A stretch of DNA of 64,000 bases from an uncultured Polyangiaceae bacterium (GTDB taxonomy: Bacteria; Myxococcota_A; Polyangia; Polyangiales; Polyangiaceae), in contig CAZRGL010000002.1 in NCBI GenBank assembly GCA_964599485.1, positions 2,780-66,779 of the forward strand, given 5' to 3'. Position 1 is the stretch's first letter; each line of letters starts with the position of its first letter. This document shows positions 9,701 through 18,400 of the stretch, piece after piece. The notes beneath the pieces are model-generated. The model did no database searches. It was given only the letters and a program-made list of their open reading frames with translations, and was not told where the DNA came from. A program made the translations under genes and the position numbers.

Positions 9701-10671
9701 GCCTGGGTGATCAGCTCGTCGAGGATCTCCCAAGCGGCCTGCATCTGTCCTGCGCGCGCGCAGGCATCAGCCCGTGCATAGTCGGGGTGGTCGATGCCTT
9801 CGACGGGGCTTTCTTTGGCGGGCAACAGCTCGGTGACAGCCTGCAGCACTTCGACGCGGGCTCCAGGAAGATCCCGGAAATGCTGCAATGCGCGCCGAAC
9901 TCCTCGCGCCTCCTGCTCCGTGCTCGGCACCACGCCCAATACCGAGCACGCCTGACCAGCGATCACGGCCATGTACAAGTCCTGAGACGCACACAAGCCA
10001 CGCAGCACCTGCTCGCGATCGTTGCGCTGCCGTGTCAGCAGGGCCTCCACCTTCTTGACCTGATCGCTGCCATCCGAACCGAGGTATCCACAACTTGGAG
10101 CCAGCAGTGTGCGTACGACGTCGTAGCCGGCCGCACCCAGCTCGCGGTCGTCGCCGATTGCCGTCCGCAGATGCTCCGCTACCAACCAGTCGATGATGCG
10201 TTCGACAGCAGGCCGATGGCGAATGCGATCATCGAGCCAAGGTTGACCGAGTGTGACCGCTTCGAGGCCGTAGCGAGGCGCGAGCGCCATGCCAAAGATC
10301 GGAGACAGGGCCGCAGTCGGCGGCTGTTGGCTGAGCATACGGCCGAATGCCTCGTCCAAGTTGCTGACGAAGCCGGGTTCTTGCACGCTGATCAAGCGCT
10401 CGTCGATATCGAGTAGCGAGAAGCCTGACTCGCGGTAGCCGCGGGTCAGCAGGTTTCGCAAATAGGGGCGCGCCCAGCTGACCAGCGGGCGGAACGACGG
10501 CACCCGGCGAACCGTGCGCAGTAGCAGCTCGATGGCCCATAGCGATCCGAAGCTCCCGTCGAGGGCGAAGGGTTTTCCGAGGCGGCGCTCGTGCTCGGCG
10601 CGCTCATCGGGCGACAGCCTGCCGATTTGCTTGCTCGAGCCGCTCTTGTCGCCAGTGTCGGGCCCCGCCAT
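3790..10671 (-). CDS. Giant multidomain protein (2293 aa): N-terminal unknown/TPR region, Ser/Thr kinase, TPR, multiple WD40 repeats, FHA, TssB(VipA)-like segment, divergent TssC(VipB)-like domain
   Basis: The start is set at ATG 10671 (MAGPDTGDK), 4 nt after the stop of the upstream TssC-like gene.
- Kinase (about 8330-9170): LGAGGMGKVY, ALKIP, HQDMKPANVML, DFGLAK, SPEQ.
- FHA (about 5400-5605): IGRAQDCDIVLRRPLVAHHHAMLSVDERGAKVIDAGSRIGIELDG.
- C-terminal tail (3793-5322): PLPLSLLVLGAIDT...QPLVVTDVDSAMATLKPQLQFSMP is TssB-like. ALDQILFDPRMRQHERCWRSLASL, YGAIVMADPIDDPALLTAAATIA and WLQYWLDTF...LRCDLWLGP are colinear with the neighbouring TssC-like protein. Confidence 0.85.
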   Translation of the reverse strand: MAGPDTGDKSGSSKQIGRLSPDERAEHERRLGKPFALDGSFGSLWAIELLLRTVRRVPSFRPLVSWARPYLRNLLTRGYRESGFSLLDIDERLISVQEPGFVSNLDEAFGRMLSQQPPTAALSPIFGMALAPRYGLEAVTLGQPWLDDRIRHRPAVERIIDWLVAEHLRTAIGDDRELGAAGYDVVRTLLAPSCGYLGSDGSDQVKKVEALLTRQRNDREQVLRGLCASQDLYMAVIAGQACSVLGVVPSTEQEARGVRRALQHFRDLPGARVEVLQAVTELLPAKESPVEGIDHPDYARADACARAGQMQAAWEILDELITQAPQRAAYWCYRGHVAERIGRDSEQSYEDYDRAISLQPDYWQALINRGVLLSRNRRYDDADRDFMLVCVLRPDCGDTRNNLLLNYLFRRREQLGFGPEAGREASADRAAEHRARKRARAAEETRPPKNAAEPAAEHEKRKDAAQPRALEPPKEQAPSSSLGSAGGGAGRKQIVDDDGGDWHLYEVIEPLGAGGMGKVYRVHHLGWGIDLALKIPRVELLERGGVEGFVEEAEAWSRLGVYPHTVDCYYVRMRSGAPWLFAELVDGGSLADWIDKGKFRRAKSKTDQQLLASMIDVALQMSYGLHHAHRHGLIHQDMKPANVMLTKTGIAKVTDFGLAKTTRLAEPAAESSKGGRHKTLMAGYAGMTPVFCSPEQAAAARKKDVELTRRTDVWSWAVTVLHMFTGEIRWMSGVLAPHALRQYLDDGGWDERIPMMPPRLVGLLQHCFARDPNERPTDMLEIAATLRSIYVELSGARQARPDPAAHEEQAVVHNNRGASMLDIGRNSEALSAWKQALDAEPHHLEASYNLALIEWRNGDITDEQAVERMRAATSSHAMEWRAHLMQAWLHYERADRKRAQACCVRALTGTARTEATMKRVAGPYHGTKAGFQLERLTELPSPPHALSTSRDERVVASAHHDGVRVWMLAGGTSLQGAKINAQHVALSTNGSVAAAANAESIIVWKTAATDSQRINMPGVTGLALCNEHQLAAAVGKRIVLIDVDTGQNQDLGTHGGRVNSVTAMADGRLLASASDDATVTLRLLDGKVTRTLRHELAVDWVALTADARRAVSGGWDAERSHYRLSIWDAVSGSLVRRLEEPAPRRAVMSDDGRHVLSWSSSGTLRLWHVDSGRCLRTAAPLDDVHAIACADADPVLVAAGGHLHLVQVLHDAPAAPIMVARPRHSDVLELQHQRFRAALGRTEGALKLGDLPGALLYLAETTAVPGYRRHRDAQALATRIAHRTTRGVLRSSWAGRSIRDLGGPVQAVGLAPDGDSVTSVMYDAGRNLIEVRRHDTMEGKQRAVMHVVEPKRPFEAAAIAADASVVATACGGNVRIWRIDQGHSQLLAGKRHPSALRWSRDGRLLFVAGQMGITIWDTAAERWLDPVGCGAVQAMAPAAEADAMAVVAGDGALSLWVLGARQELRQLSDAAADVEQLRITPSASMTAMLDGNSTLITIDAEAGVVKGDLTIERASTLALSDDGGLVAIGDSRGGVHLHALNTPGKLVRLGSHNNVILSLAFTPDGRLLASGGRDGDLRLWHVEHERVLPSDTSLRRAAPWLKLFLRAQRPAEHDPLIRIGIPSWTNAELEHLGRRLGWLGFGRHTPKQLEDALQRLLDPKAFAEQPEQPGSTVLQLREEATDRIFEVGAGPRRLIGRAQDCDIVLRRPLVAHHHAMLSVDERGAKVIDAGSRIGIELDGQPVRGEATLEDGAMLRIGITRLLVKLQHQRAAAPPRAFELSRLPMRLQLEQHRAGQSLGRREPLPLSLLVLGAIDTAHSGAAATEQPLVVTDVDSAMATLKPQLQFSMPANEALALPASNELFAPTCLADLAPGKLAQQLGDTAKMYFSYIGLGWWETIIDDFATQLAALLPRLGDKLRAGQPAGSTALSAANEIAEVYGRAIISRLVPTDHPAYAVARGTLAGMLHVLVSHGRNKIDREEVVWAKQTIARGVAKALDQILFDPRMRQHERCWRSLASLQAAMPDADCRLHLLACGSKGPAAVINNGALRRALMQAYAQSTPYGAIVMADPIDDPALLTAAATIARQSQAGLIAGTTPEARRLLQTAPSNGWRAFFADPASSHVALLGEQLSLREPYAIEEKMPYVEGAVSGRQPAPIQSSGAIAAAQSLLRGFESRGLMALDIDQIATEADTRSGARSFRSTFPMGRLAQHLRLMHLGSSRRDDTDACRAWLQYWLDTFTKQLSDASGTQLRGALQLTEQDQHWLRCDLWLGPQDNPAAAASSCMWLRRTTQG

Positions 10672-10675
10672 GCGG

Positions 10676-11992
10676 CTAATCCTTTTGGAGCTTTCCTTCG
10701 AGGGTGATGGTGAGCGGGCCGCCGCGCTCGGCCCAGTTGGGCTTGAGCGCGAGCTCGAAACGATAGCCGCGCGGGCCCGTGTCCTGGACCTCGATGTGGG
10801 CTTCGTAGAAGGGACGCCAACCGATGGCGAACCCACCTGGCTGGCGAGCGCCGACAACATAGTCAGAGAGCCATCGCTGCAGCCCGGTGCTCACCGAGAA
10901 GCGGTCCTTCCAGCAACCGATGTTCTCGCGGTGCAACACTTTGATCATTTGCCCGATGCGCGTTGCGACCAACAAGCTCGGCAGCTCGGCGTTGCGTGGA
11001 TCGTTAGCGGTCGAGGGGTCGAGCAGGCAGGGTGTCTCGGCCACGAGCGCGCCTTCGCCTTCGGTGCTGGGCTTCAGTGTCATGATGCCCAAGTGCGCCA
11101 GGGCAGCACGTTGCTCGTCAGCGAGCACTGCTTCGAGCGGAGTGATGTCCTGCAATTCGGGAGCGAAGGGCACCGCGCCCGGCAACCGAAGTCCCCAGCC
11201 TGTCTCCTCGAAGCTCGCCGCCAACCGTATCCCCACAGCAAGCATGGCGCTGCCCCAGAGCAGGTCCTCTGGGCAGTCAATGCGCTCGTCGTGCCCGTCG
11301 TCATCAGCGGTGTAGGGCATTCGCAGCAGCACCCGGCCGAGAACCAAAGCGCAATGACGAGCCTCTGGTTTCTGCCGCAGCGCTTGCCATCGCACGCGGG
11401 CGGCTTCGTGCACTTCGAGCTGTTGTTGTTCGCCGATGACCCCGGCGTCTCCCAGTTCATGGACCGGCTCGGCTCCAACCAAAACGGGGTCCACAGTCGC
11501 CACAAAAGGAGCGTGGGCCGCTGCTGCTGTAGTGAAGCATTCGGAAAGCAGCCCCATGTCTTGGGGGGAAGGACCGAAGGTGAAGTCCGCCATGACCAAG
11601 CCGAAGGGGGTGCCGCCAAAACTGCCGAACTCACCGGTGTGGAGAAGGCTGTACAAGCCGGCTCTTTCGATGCGTGGTGCGTCCTCGAAGTCCATCAGCA
11701 GATCTTCTTGCGAGATGCTCAGCATCTGGACACGAACTCGGCGATCCTCGGTTGCAACAGTGCTCAGCCAATGCAGCCCGCGCCAACGCGCTTCGAGAGC
11801 CTGCAGGGTGGGGTGGTGCAGGATGAGATCGAGCTGCCGAGCGATACGTCGATCCAGACTGGCGATAGCGGCGGCTACGTCGTCGAAGGCTTCGTGGGCT
11901 TCGCGGACGCCTTCGAGCAAGGCCCCCACCAGCACGTGCTCGGCCAGCGCGAGGTCGCTGAGTGTCGGTTGGTCCTTGTGTCGCTTGTCCAT
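10676..11992 (-). CDS. tssC: T6SS contractile-sheath large-subunit (TssC/VipB/EvpB)-like protein
   Basis: Motifs typical of TssC:
- RQLDLILHHPTLQALEARWRGLHWL
- LSISQEDLLMDF
- GEFGSFGGTPFGLVMADFTF
- AAAAHAPFVAT
- RWQALRQKPEARHCALVLGRVLLRMPY
- LQRWLSDYVV
- YRFELALKPNW
The ATG at 11992 overlaps the upstream stop (TGATG). A TTG at 11995 is an alternative start. Confidence 0.8.
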   Translation of the reverse strand: MDKRHKDQPTLSDLALAEHVLVGALLEGVREAHEAFDDVAAAIASLDRRIARQLDLILHHPTLQALEARWRGLHWLSTVATEDRRVRVQMLSISQEDLLMDFEDAPRIERAGLYSLLHTGEFGSFGGTPFGLVMADFTFGPSPQDMGLLSECFTTAAAAHAPFVATVDPVLVGAEPVHELGDAGVIGEQQQLEVHEAARVRWQALRQKPEARHCALVLGRVLLRMPYTADDDGHDERIDCPEDLLWGSAMLAVGIRLAASFEETGWGLRLPGAVPFAPELQDITPLEAVLADEQRAALAHLGIMTLKPSTEGEGALVAETPCLLDPSTANDPRNAELPSLLVATRIGQMIKVLHRENIGCWKDRFSVSTGLQRWLSDYVVGARQPGGFAIGWRPFYEAHIEVQDTGPRGYRFELALKPNWAERGGPLTITLEGKLQKD

Positions 11993-13170
11993 CAACCCAT
12001 GCCGATGGCGGTTTCGAGGTGCGTGCGAATCGCGCGACGTAGACGCACGGACATATCGGTGAACGCTTCGCGATCGGGTAAGCCCACTTCGATGGTCGCG
12101 ACCGCGCCCCAGAGGTGGCTCGGGAGTGCCGAAATCATCCTCGGGTAGAACTCAGCGCTCCTCTTGGGCTCCGTCGGGGAGTACGCCAGCAACCACAAGA
12201 ACATCGTTGCCACCGCTTCGAAGAGGGCCCCCTGCGCCGGCCCATGCCGCTCGGCGAGTGAGGCAGCGATCGTCTTGCCTGGCTCCATGACCGGGTACAT
12301 CAAGCTGTCGCTCACATCCTTGCCGAGATCTCCCGTCAGCGGTGCGAATTCAGGCAAGGAGATGCCGAGGGCCGTCGTGATTTCGTTGGCAAGAGTCAAC
12401 TGCGCTTTGGTTGCGACCTGCATTTCTGGATTGCATCGCACGCTCGATAGCGTCGACAGACACTGGGCCAGATGATTGATGAGTAGGCGGGCGCCGGCGT
12501 TGCTGTCGGGGATGGCCGTGAGATCTACACTTGGTATCTGTACGCGCTCAGCCTGGCTTGAGGCAGCATCGTCCTGGGCCTCGAGGTTGGGCGCTCCGGT
12601 CGAAACAGCGTCTTGTCGTCTGACAACAGGGTCTTGTTTCCTGAGGAAGTCATAAGCTTCGCCGTACGCGTCGAAGATCAGCTTGCTTGCGTTGCGACCT
12701 GCCTCGGCGACGATTTCGTCGATTCGTTTCTGAAACGACTTGGGCAATCCGCCAGCCGCAGCACTGCCGCGCAGCGCTTCGGCGATGGCGTCGAGCATTT
12801 CACCCCCGCCCGAGCCGACGACGTCGACGAAACAGAGCTTGAGAGCGCACTCGAGCAACGCCAGGTGATCATTGCCGAGCTTGGCGACGGGCTGCTTCAA
12901 TGCTGGGCCAGCCGTCGTGAGCACGTACTTGAGCGCCAGAGCTGACCCTCGGCCGTGGTCGCTCGTGGGCTCGAACAGCGGCGGAAGCTCGGCGCCGATG
13001 ACGTCGCCCAGGTGTACGGCTTTTGCAAACCAAACGCCGCTGAGCTCGAGCTCGGAACGGCCGTGGAAACTGGCTGCCCAAGCGGTCCATTGGGCCAAAC
13101 GCCAAACCAGCGCTCGGCTGCTGATCCCCATGGTCTCGAGCTTGGCCGACAGGATGCGATCGTTCATCAT
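11992..13170 (-). CDS. Hypothetical protein (392 aa), co-oriented and translationally coupled with the TssC-like gene
   Basis: A complete ORF (MMNDRILSAKLETMG...) whose stop overlaps the next gene's start (TGATG at 11990-11994). I recognise no domain. Confidence 0.6.
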   Translation of the reverse strand: MMNDRILSAKLETMGISSRALVWRLAQWTAWAASFHGRSELELSGVWFAKAVHLGDVIGAELPPLFEPTSDHGRGSALALKYVLTTAGPALKQPVAKLGNDHLALLECALKLCFVDVVGSGGGEMLDAIAEALRGSAAAGGLPKSFQKRIDEIVAEAGRNASKLIFDAYGEAYDFLRKQDPVVRRQDAVSTGAPNLEAQDDAASSQAERVQIPSVDLTAIPDSNAGARLLINHLAQCLSTLSSVRCNPEMQVATKAQLTLANEITTALGISLPEFAPLTGDLGKDVSDSLMYPVMEPGKTIAASLAERHGPAQGALFEAVATMFLWLLAYSPTEPKRSAEFYPRMISALPSHLWGAVATIEVGLPDREAFTDMSVRLRRAIRTHLETAIGMG

Positions 13171-13218
13171 GATTCGGCCTCTCGCTGACCAGCAGACGAG
13201 ACTGAGGCGAACAACAGC

Positions 13219-15330
13219 TCAACCATAGAGCCAGCCTCGTTGATGGGCGTGATTTCGAAACGAGTCAGCAAGCTTGCGGTAGGCGCCGGCGATGGCACTG
13301 AGGCGCGTCCGCGACCAACGTCCGGCGGGCTGCTCGTCGCGGGCTCTTTTTCCCATTGCGGTGAAGAAAGCGTCATCTGGCATCGTTTCTTGGCCAGCAG
13401 GTATGAACTTGATCACCTCATCCATGAACGCTGCCGCTCGCTCGATGACGTTGAGCGCCACGATGCCTTCGTCTCGGTCGAGGCCGTCCAGCGACGCGGG
13501 CGTCTGTTTGGCGAATCCTTCGGCGAAACTGAAGAACTGCCCCGCGTCGATCAGCTCCGAAGGCGTATCTCCGGCGCTGTACTGGATGGGGCCATCGCCG
13601 CTCGTTGCCGCCATGTCGGCTTTGCTGATTCGAAACGTGAATGTTCTGGTTGCGGCGCCCTCATTGCGGCATTCGTACTGCACCACCACGTCGGCCTCCT
13701 CGGTGGTGATGGATTGTTTGCGACCCTGGACTGGGTAGTTGCGAAGGTTGAGATAGACGCTGCATTCGGCCAGTGACCGGGCGCGCAAGGGTTGGGTCGT
13801 GCCGTCAGCGTCGTCTGGCTCGGCCTCGTCCGCCTCTAGCTCGACGCGCGCTCGACCCATGACCTTGCCGTCTTGGACCATCATCGGTTGGGCAAACAAG
13901 CCTTGATCACCGCTGGCGCGGAACACCTTGTCTGCACTGTTCGCCAAGCGCACCACGGCCGCCCCATTCTGCATGCTGCAAGCGAGCACCACCCCGCGAA
14001 CGGGGATCGCGACGAGCAAGACCTTCGAGTCGAGCTTTTGGTGCAACACCTTCAATGCGCTCGGCACGAGCAACGCCTCGGTCGCGTGCTCACCGTGTAG
14101 GCTCGCCACACGTGGCGGATCGCCAACTACTTCGAGTCGCGGCGATTGCTTTTCGGCGAGCATGCGTGCCCCTTGGTCGACGAGCTCGTCGAAGCTGCGC
14201 GTGCCCAAGGTTTTTGCCGTCGCAAGATGGTGACCGTTGGCTGTCTCGGCAGCCAAGCAAACCATGGGGCTGACGATTGGGTGGGTTGGATCGGTGGGTG
14301 GGGCGAGCGGTCGAGTCAGCACAGAAGCCGTCAAGCTGGGATGATCTTGGCGCAGGATGTGAGGCTGATAGTCGCTGATCACGGCGCTGTTCAACGCAGC
14401 TCGACTTACCGGTGCGGCTGTGGCCAGCTGATCGTGGATGACTGCGGAGCTTGCCGACGCGATGCTGGCAGGGTCAGGCTTGGCAGGGTCAGGCTTGGCG
14501 GTGTCGGGTTTGGCAGCGTCTGGTTTGAGGGAGCCGATGGAAATGGGGCCACCCGGTTGCTGGACGGGCGCGCTGTTGGCTGGTTGGGAGGCTGGTCTGT
14601 CCACCCCCTTGAGCGTCGCGTCACTGAAGGCATGCGCTACCGCCTTGGGCGGGATGGGACCGGCACAGTTGAAGACGATCCCGTCGATGGGCGCGATGCG
14701 TAACTGCTCGAACAGCGTCTTGCCGTCCACTTTGGTGTGCGGCGGAACCGAGGCGCCATGCCGGGCGCGAAAAGCCTGGTAGGTGTCCTCGGCGGTGAAC
14801 ACGGCGGCGAGGCGGCGGCCCTGGTTGTCGGGCGCCATCATCAGCTGACTGCCCTGCCAGCAGAAGCGGTAGCCCGGGTAGTTGCGCAGCAGCTCGAACT
14901 GATTGTCGCGCTTGGAGTTGCCTTGCAGAATCTCTTCGACTCGCACCGCCTGGCCGAATTCCGCAAGCAAAGGCAGATCCTGAGCGTAGAGCGCCATGCC
15001 ATGGGGACTGGCCAAATCGAGGCCCACGCCGCGCGCTCCGCCCGGGATGTTACGGGCTAAGGATCCGCCCGCCGTGACGAAGAAGTTGTCGCCAATGGTC
15101 AGCTTGTTGGCCTGTGCGTACGCATCCATGGCCTGTTTGCTGGAGAAGGCGCACACCCACCACTCGCCCGCCGAGCCGGGGAACATCCACAGCCCCGACG
15201 ACCCATCGGCGGCGATACGGCTGGGCACGTGCCAGCTCGGGTGCTGCACCAGGTGACGAAACGCTTCCGAGTGGGAGCTACTGCCCTGCTTGTGGGCCGC
15301 CATGGCGTGCACGATTTGGGGTTCGGTCAT
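13219..15330 (-). CDS. Hypothetical protein (703 aa) with two N-terminal SseB-like repeats and a (KPDxA)n linker
   Basis: This is the real 5' part of the 1489-aa track ORF. The start is ATG 15330 (MTEPQIVHAMAAHKQG). Two similar modules (WHVPSRIAADGSSGLWMFPGSAGEWWVCAFSSKQAMDAY and YRFCWQGSQLMMAPDNQGRRLAAVFTAEDTYQAF) are reminiscent of the SseB family. The SseB assignment is tentative. Confidence 0.65.
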   Translation of the reverse strand: MTEPQIVHAMAAHKQGSSSHSEAFRHLVQHPSWHVPSRIAADGSSGLWMFPGSAGEWWVCAFSSKQAMDAYAQANKLTIGDNFFVTAGGSLARNIPGGARGVGLDLASPHGMALYAQDLPLLAEFGQAVRVEEILQGNSKRDNQFELLRNYPGYRFCWQGSQLMMAPDNQGRRLAAVFTAEDTYQAFRARHGASVPPHTKVDGKTLFEQLRIAPIDGIVFNCAGPIPPKAVAHAFSDATLKGVDRPASQPANSAPVQQPGGPISIGSLKPDAAKPDTAKPDPAKPDPASIASASSAVIHDQLATAAPVSRAALNSAVISDYQPHILRQDHPSLTASVLTRPLAPPTDPTHPIVSPMVCLAAETANGHHLATAKTLGTRSFDELVDQGARMLAEKQSPRLEVVGDPPRVASLHGEHATEALLVPSALKVLHQKLDSKVLLVAIPVRGVVLACSMQNGAAVVRLANSADKVFRASGDQGLFAQPMMVQDGKVMGRARVELEADEAEPDDADGTTQPLRARSLAECSVYLNLRNYPVQGRKQSITTEEADVVVQYECRNEGAATRTFTFRISKADMAATSGDGPIQYSAGDTPSELIDAGQFFSFAEGFAKQTPASLDGLDRDEGIVALNVIERAAAFMDEVIKFIPAGQETMPDDAFFTAMGKRARDEQPAGRWSRTRLSAIAGAYRKLADSFRNHAHQRGWLYG
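14467..14526. repeat. 15-bp in-frame tandem repeat x4 (two perfect copies, two degenerate)
   Basis: ggcagggtcaggctt occurs twice, followed by ggcggtgtcgggttt and ggcagcgtctggttt. On the minus strand these encode KPDAAKPDTAKPDPAKPDPA. Confidence 0.8.
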
Positions 15331-15432
15331 CAAGCGCGCTCCGTTGGTGGTTCTACCAGTCTGGGGCGCAGGATTGTGCCTTGTTATCGGTCTAGTAGAC
15401 GCCAGCTCGAGTTTCGCCAACCCTTGGCGAAC
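15331..15432. promoter_or_regulatory. Divergent intergenic region, presumed to hold the promoters for both arms of the sheath/ClpV/kinase locus
   Basis: This is a 102-nt gap between the minus-strand start at 15330 and the plus-strand start at 15433. I could not recognise a specific -35/-10 or -24/-12 element. Confidence 0.3.
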
Positions 15433-18400
15433 ATGAGTGCCTACTTGAGGATCGCCGCCAGCGAGAAAGGGGGGGCCGCGGGCCAGATCGCACGCTTTGA
15501 TGAGGAAGGCGGCGTCGCGGTGCTTGCGGATGGGACCGGCGGAGCGGCAGGGGAGGCCATGGCTCGGGCTGCAGTCGAACCGGCGTTGAAGACGCTCCTG
15601 GCCGAGGGCTCGGTCGAGAAAGCCTTCGCGTCTGCCCACCAAGCCGCTTGCACGCAGAGTGAGGATGAAGGCGCTGGCGCGAGCTTCATCGCGGCTCAGA
15701 TTGACCGGACCGGCACGTTGGTGGTCGGTCATCTCGGCAATGTGCGCGTATACATCGCGCGCAAGACGAACAGGCGCCGGGGTCTTCCGAAACCGCCGGC
15801 ACCGCTCTTCTGTCCCCCTGTTCAGGTCGGCTCGGTCAAGCCGATCGAGACGGCCATGAGCATGGTCTGCCTCAGTCGCGATCACAGCGCGGTTTGCGAT
15901 ATGGTCGAGGGCGGGCATTTGTCGGCGGAGGATGGGCGCAAGCATCCGCTGCGCGGGCGGGTGAGCAAGGGCTTGCGGGCCGGTCCGCTGACGCCTCCAA
16001 CGGTGACGCACATGCGGCTGTTTCCGGATGATCGCGTGCTGCTCTGCTCGGATGGGCTGTGGGATGCAGTGAGCGATCGCGACATGCTTGCTGCGCTGGC
16101 TGAGCACCATTTTGCAGACGACGCTTGTGAGGCATTGGCCGAGCGGGCAGGGAGCAAGTGCTCCTTTGCGGCCGTAGTCATCGATTGTTTTCCCGATCGC
16201 GAGCGCGACGAAGCGCGACGCAATTTGCAGCGCGGACACAAAGCGCAACGCAAGAAACGGGCGAGCAAGAAATCCGGCCGCGAAAAACAGAAGCGTCCCA
16301 GCAGCGAGCGACCCCGTAGCGAGCAGCCCCGTAGCAACAAGCGCCGCAGCAGTGAGCCGCCGAAAAACGGCGACATCATTCGGCGAATGGGGCGCAATCT
16401 CACCGCGCTGGCCATAGCTGGCAAGCTCGATCCGGTCATCGGGCGAAAGCGTGAGGTGCAGCAGCTCGCACAAGCACTCGTGGCGCGGCGCAAAGCCAAC
16501 GCGGTTCTCATCGGTCCGCCCGGCGTAGGCAAGACCGCCATCGTCGAAGGGCTGGCCTTGCAAATGGCAACTGGTGGACTGGGTGATCGTTTTGCCGACA
16601 AGCGTATCGTCGAGATGTCGATGGGCGCGCTGGTCGCAGGCACCAAATATCGCGGCCAGTTCGAAGAGCGACTGCAGGAAGTCATCAGGATTGCCGAGGA
16701 TGATCCAGAGCTGGTCATCTTCATGGACGAGCTGCACACGGCCATGGGCGCCGGTGCGACTAGCGGTAGCGCCACCGATGCTGCGGATTTGCTCAAGCCG
16801 GCGCTGTCGCGCGGCAGCATGCGGCTCATCGGCGCCACTACGACCGAGGAGTACCAGAAGTACATCGCCCGCGACGCTGCCTTCGAACGCAGATTCATCG
16901 TCATCGACGTCAAAGAGCCTTCGGTCGGGCACACCATCGAGATTCTCCAGGGGCTGCGCCCTTCCTTCGAGAAGCACTACCAAGTGCAAATCGTCGATGA
17001 GGCCTTCGAGGCCGCGGCAACGCTTTCCAAGCGCTACATTCCGGGGCGGTACTTGCCCGACAAAGCAATCGATCTGATCGATCGCGCCTGCGCCCGTCTG
17101 CTGGTGCCGCTCACGCCCACCCCGGGCGACGGTAGTACGCTTCGGCGTGATCACATCGTCAAGCTCGTGGCCGACATGTGCGATGTGGACATCGAGTTGA
17201 TCGGCCGCGATGTGCGCGAAGCACGGGAGCGGGTGGGCGAGCTGCTGAGCTACCTCACCGCGCGCCTCTTCGGGCAAGACGCGGCGATGGGTGTGGTGGC
17301 CCGGCAGCTCAAGCGCGCTTACGGCGGACTCAAGGATCCGAAACGTCCCATCGCTTCGTTCCTGTTTGCGGGACCGACCGGTGTCGGCAAGACCGAGACC
17401 GCCAAGGTCGTTTCCGAGTTCTTGTTCGGGGACCGCGATCGGGTTCTGCGGATCGACATGTCGGAATACGAGAGCCGCTGGGCCGTCTCGCGGCTGATTG
17501 GGGCACCGCCGGGCTACATCGGTCACGACGAGGAAGGGCAGCTGACGGGTCCCATGCTCCGGCAAGGGGCGCGGGTCGTGCTCTTCGACGAAATCGAAAA
17601 AGCCCATCCCGACGTGCTGCTGGTGTTGCTGCAGATTCTCGACGAGGGGCGGCTGACCGACTCGCACGGCCGTGTTGCTTCCTTTCACGAAGCGGTCATC
17701 GTCATGACCTCCAACCTGCTGCAGTCTGGCCCGGTTGCGCGCAAAGCCAAGCAGCTGGGCTTCGCATTGCCCAAGAAGGGCGCGCAGTCGGAAGAGGCCG
17801 AGGAACAGGTCGAGGATGACAGCGCGGCGCGCAGCGAGCTCGCCAAACAGCTGCGCCCCGAGCTAGTCGGTCGAATCGGCGCCGTGGTGACCTTCTCGTC
17901 GCTTTCGCCCGAGGCGGCGAAAGCCATCGTGAACAAATGTTGCAACAGCGCCCTGCAGCGACTGCAAGCGCAAGGCGTGGCGCTGCAGTTGCCGGATGGT
18001 TTCCAACAGCGTGTGCTCGAACGTTTGGGCGATCTGCGCTTCGGGGCGCGCATGGTCGAGCGTTTGGTCGACGAAGAGGTCGGCAAGCTGCTCGATCGGT
18101 CCCAGCCTAGTGCTGGCCGGTCGGATGCCAGCATGGGAGCGAGCATGCACGCCAGCATGCGAGGCTCAGCACGAAACGACGTGGCCATGTTGGCGCTCGA
18201 GCTGCCGGAGGGGGTGGATGCCGACGAGGCCAAGCTTCATGCGTTGGTCGCCAAGGTGTGCATCGGCGCGCAAGCTGCCCAGGTGCGCCATGTGGATGCG
18301 TGTGAGGGCCGCGTCGTCGTTCTCGCTGCGACCTTGCGCGCTGCTCTGGCCATCGCGCGGCGCCATGACAGCTTGGATGGCAAAGGGCTGCGACGCTTGG

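Noticed and set aside
10672-10860. N-terminal 63 codons of the 2356-aa track ORF
   Set aside because: They would overlap the 3' end of the TssC-like gene and are Ser/Pro/Arg-rich low-complexity sequence. ATG 10671 sits 4 nt after that gene's stop.
15331-17688. Upper two-thirds of the 1489-aa minus-strand track ORF (13219-17688)
   Set aside because: It is antisense to the clearly real PP2C-AAA+ gene, which has strong Walker and Clp motifs on the plus strand. The translation here is low-complexity and Arg/Gly/His-rich. The real minus-strand gene starts at ATG 15330.
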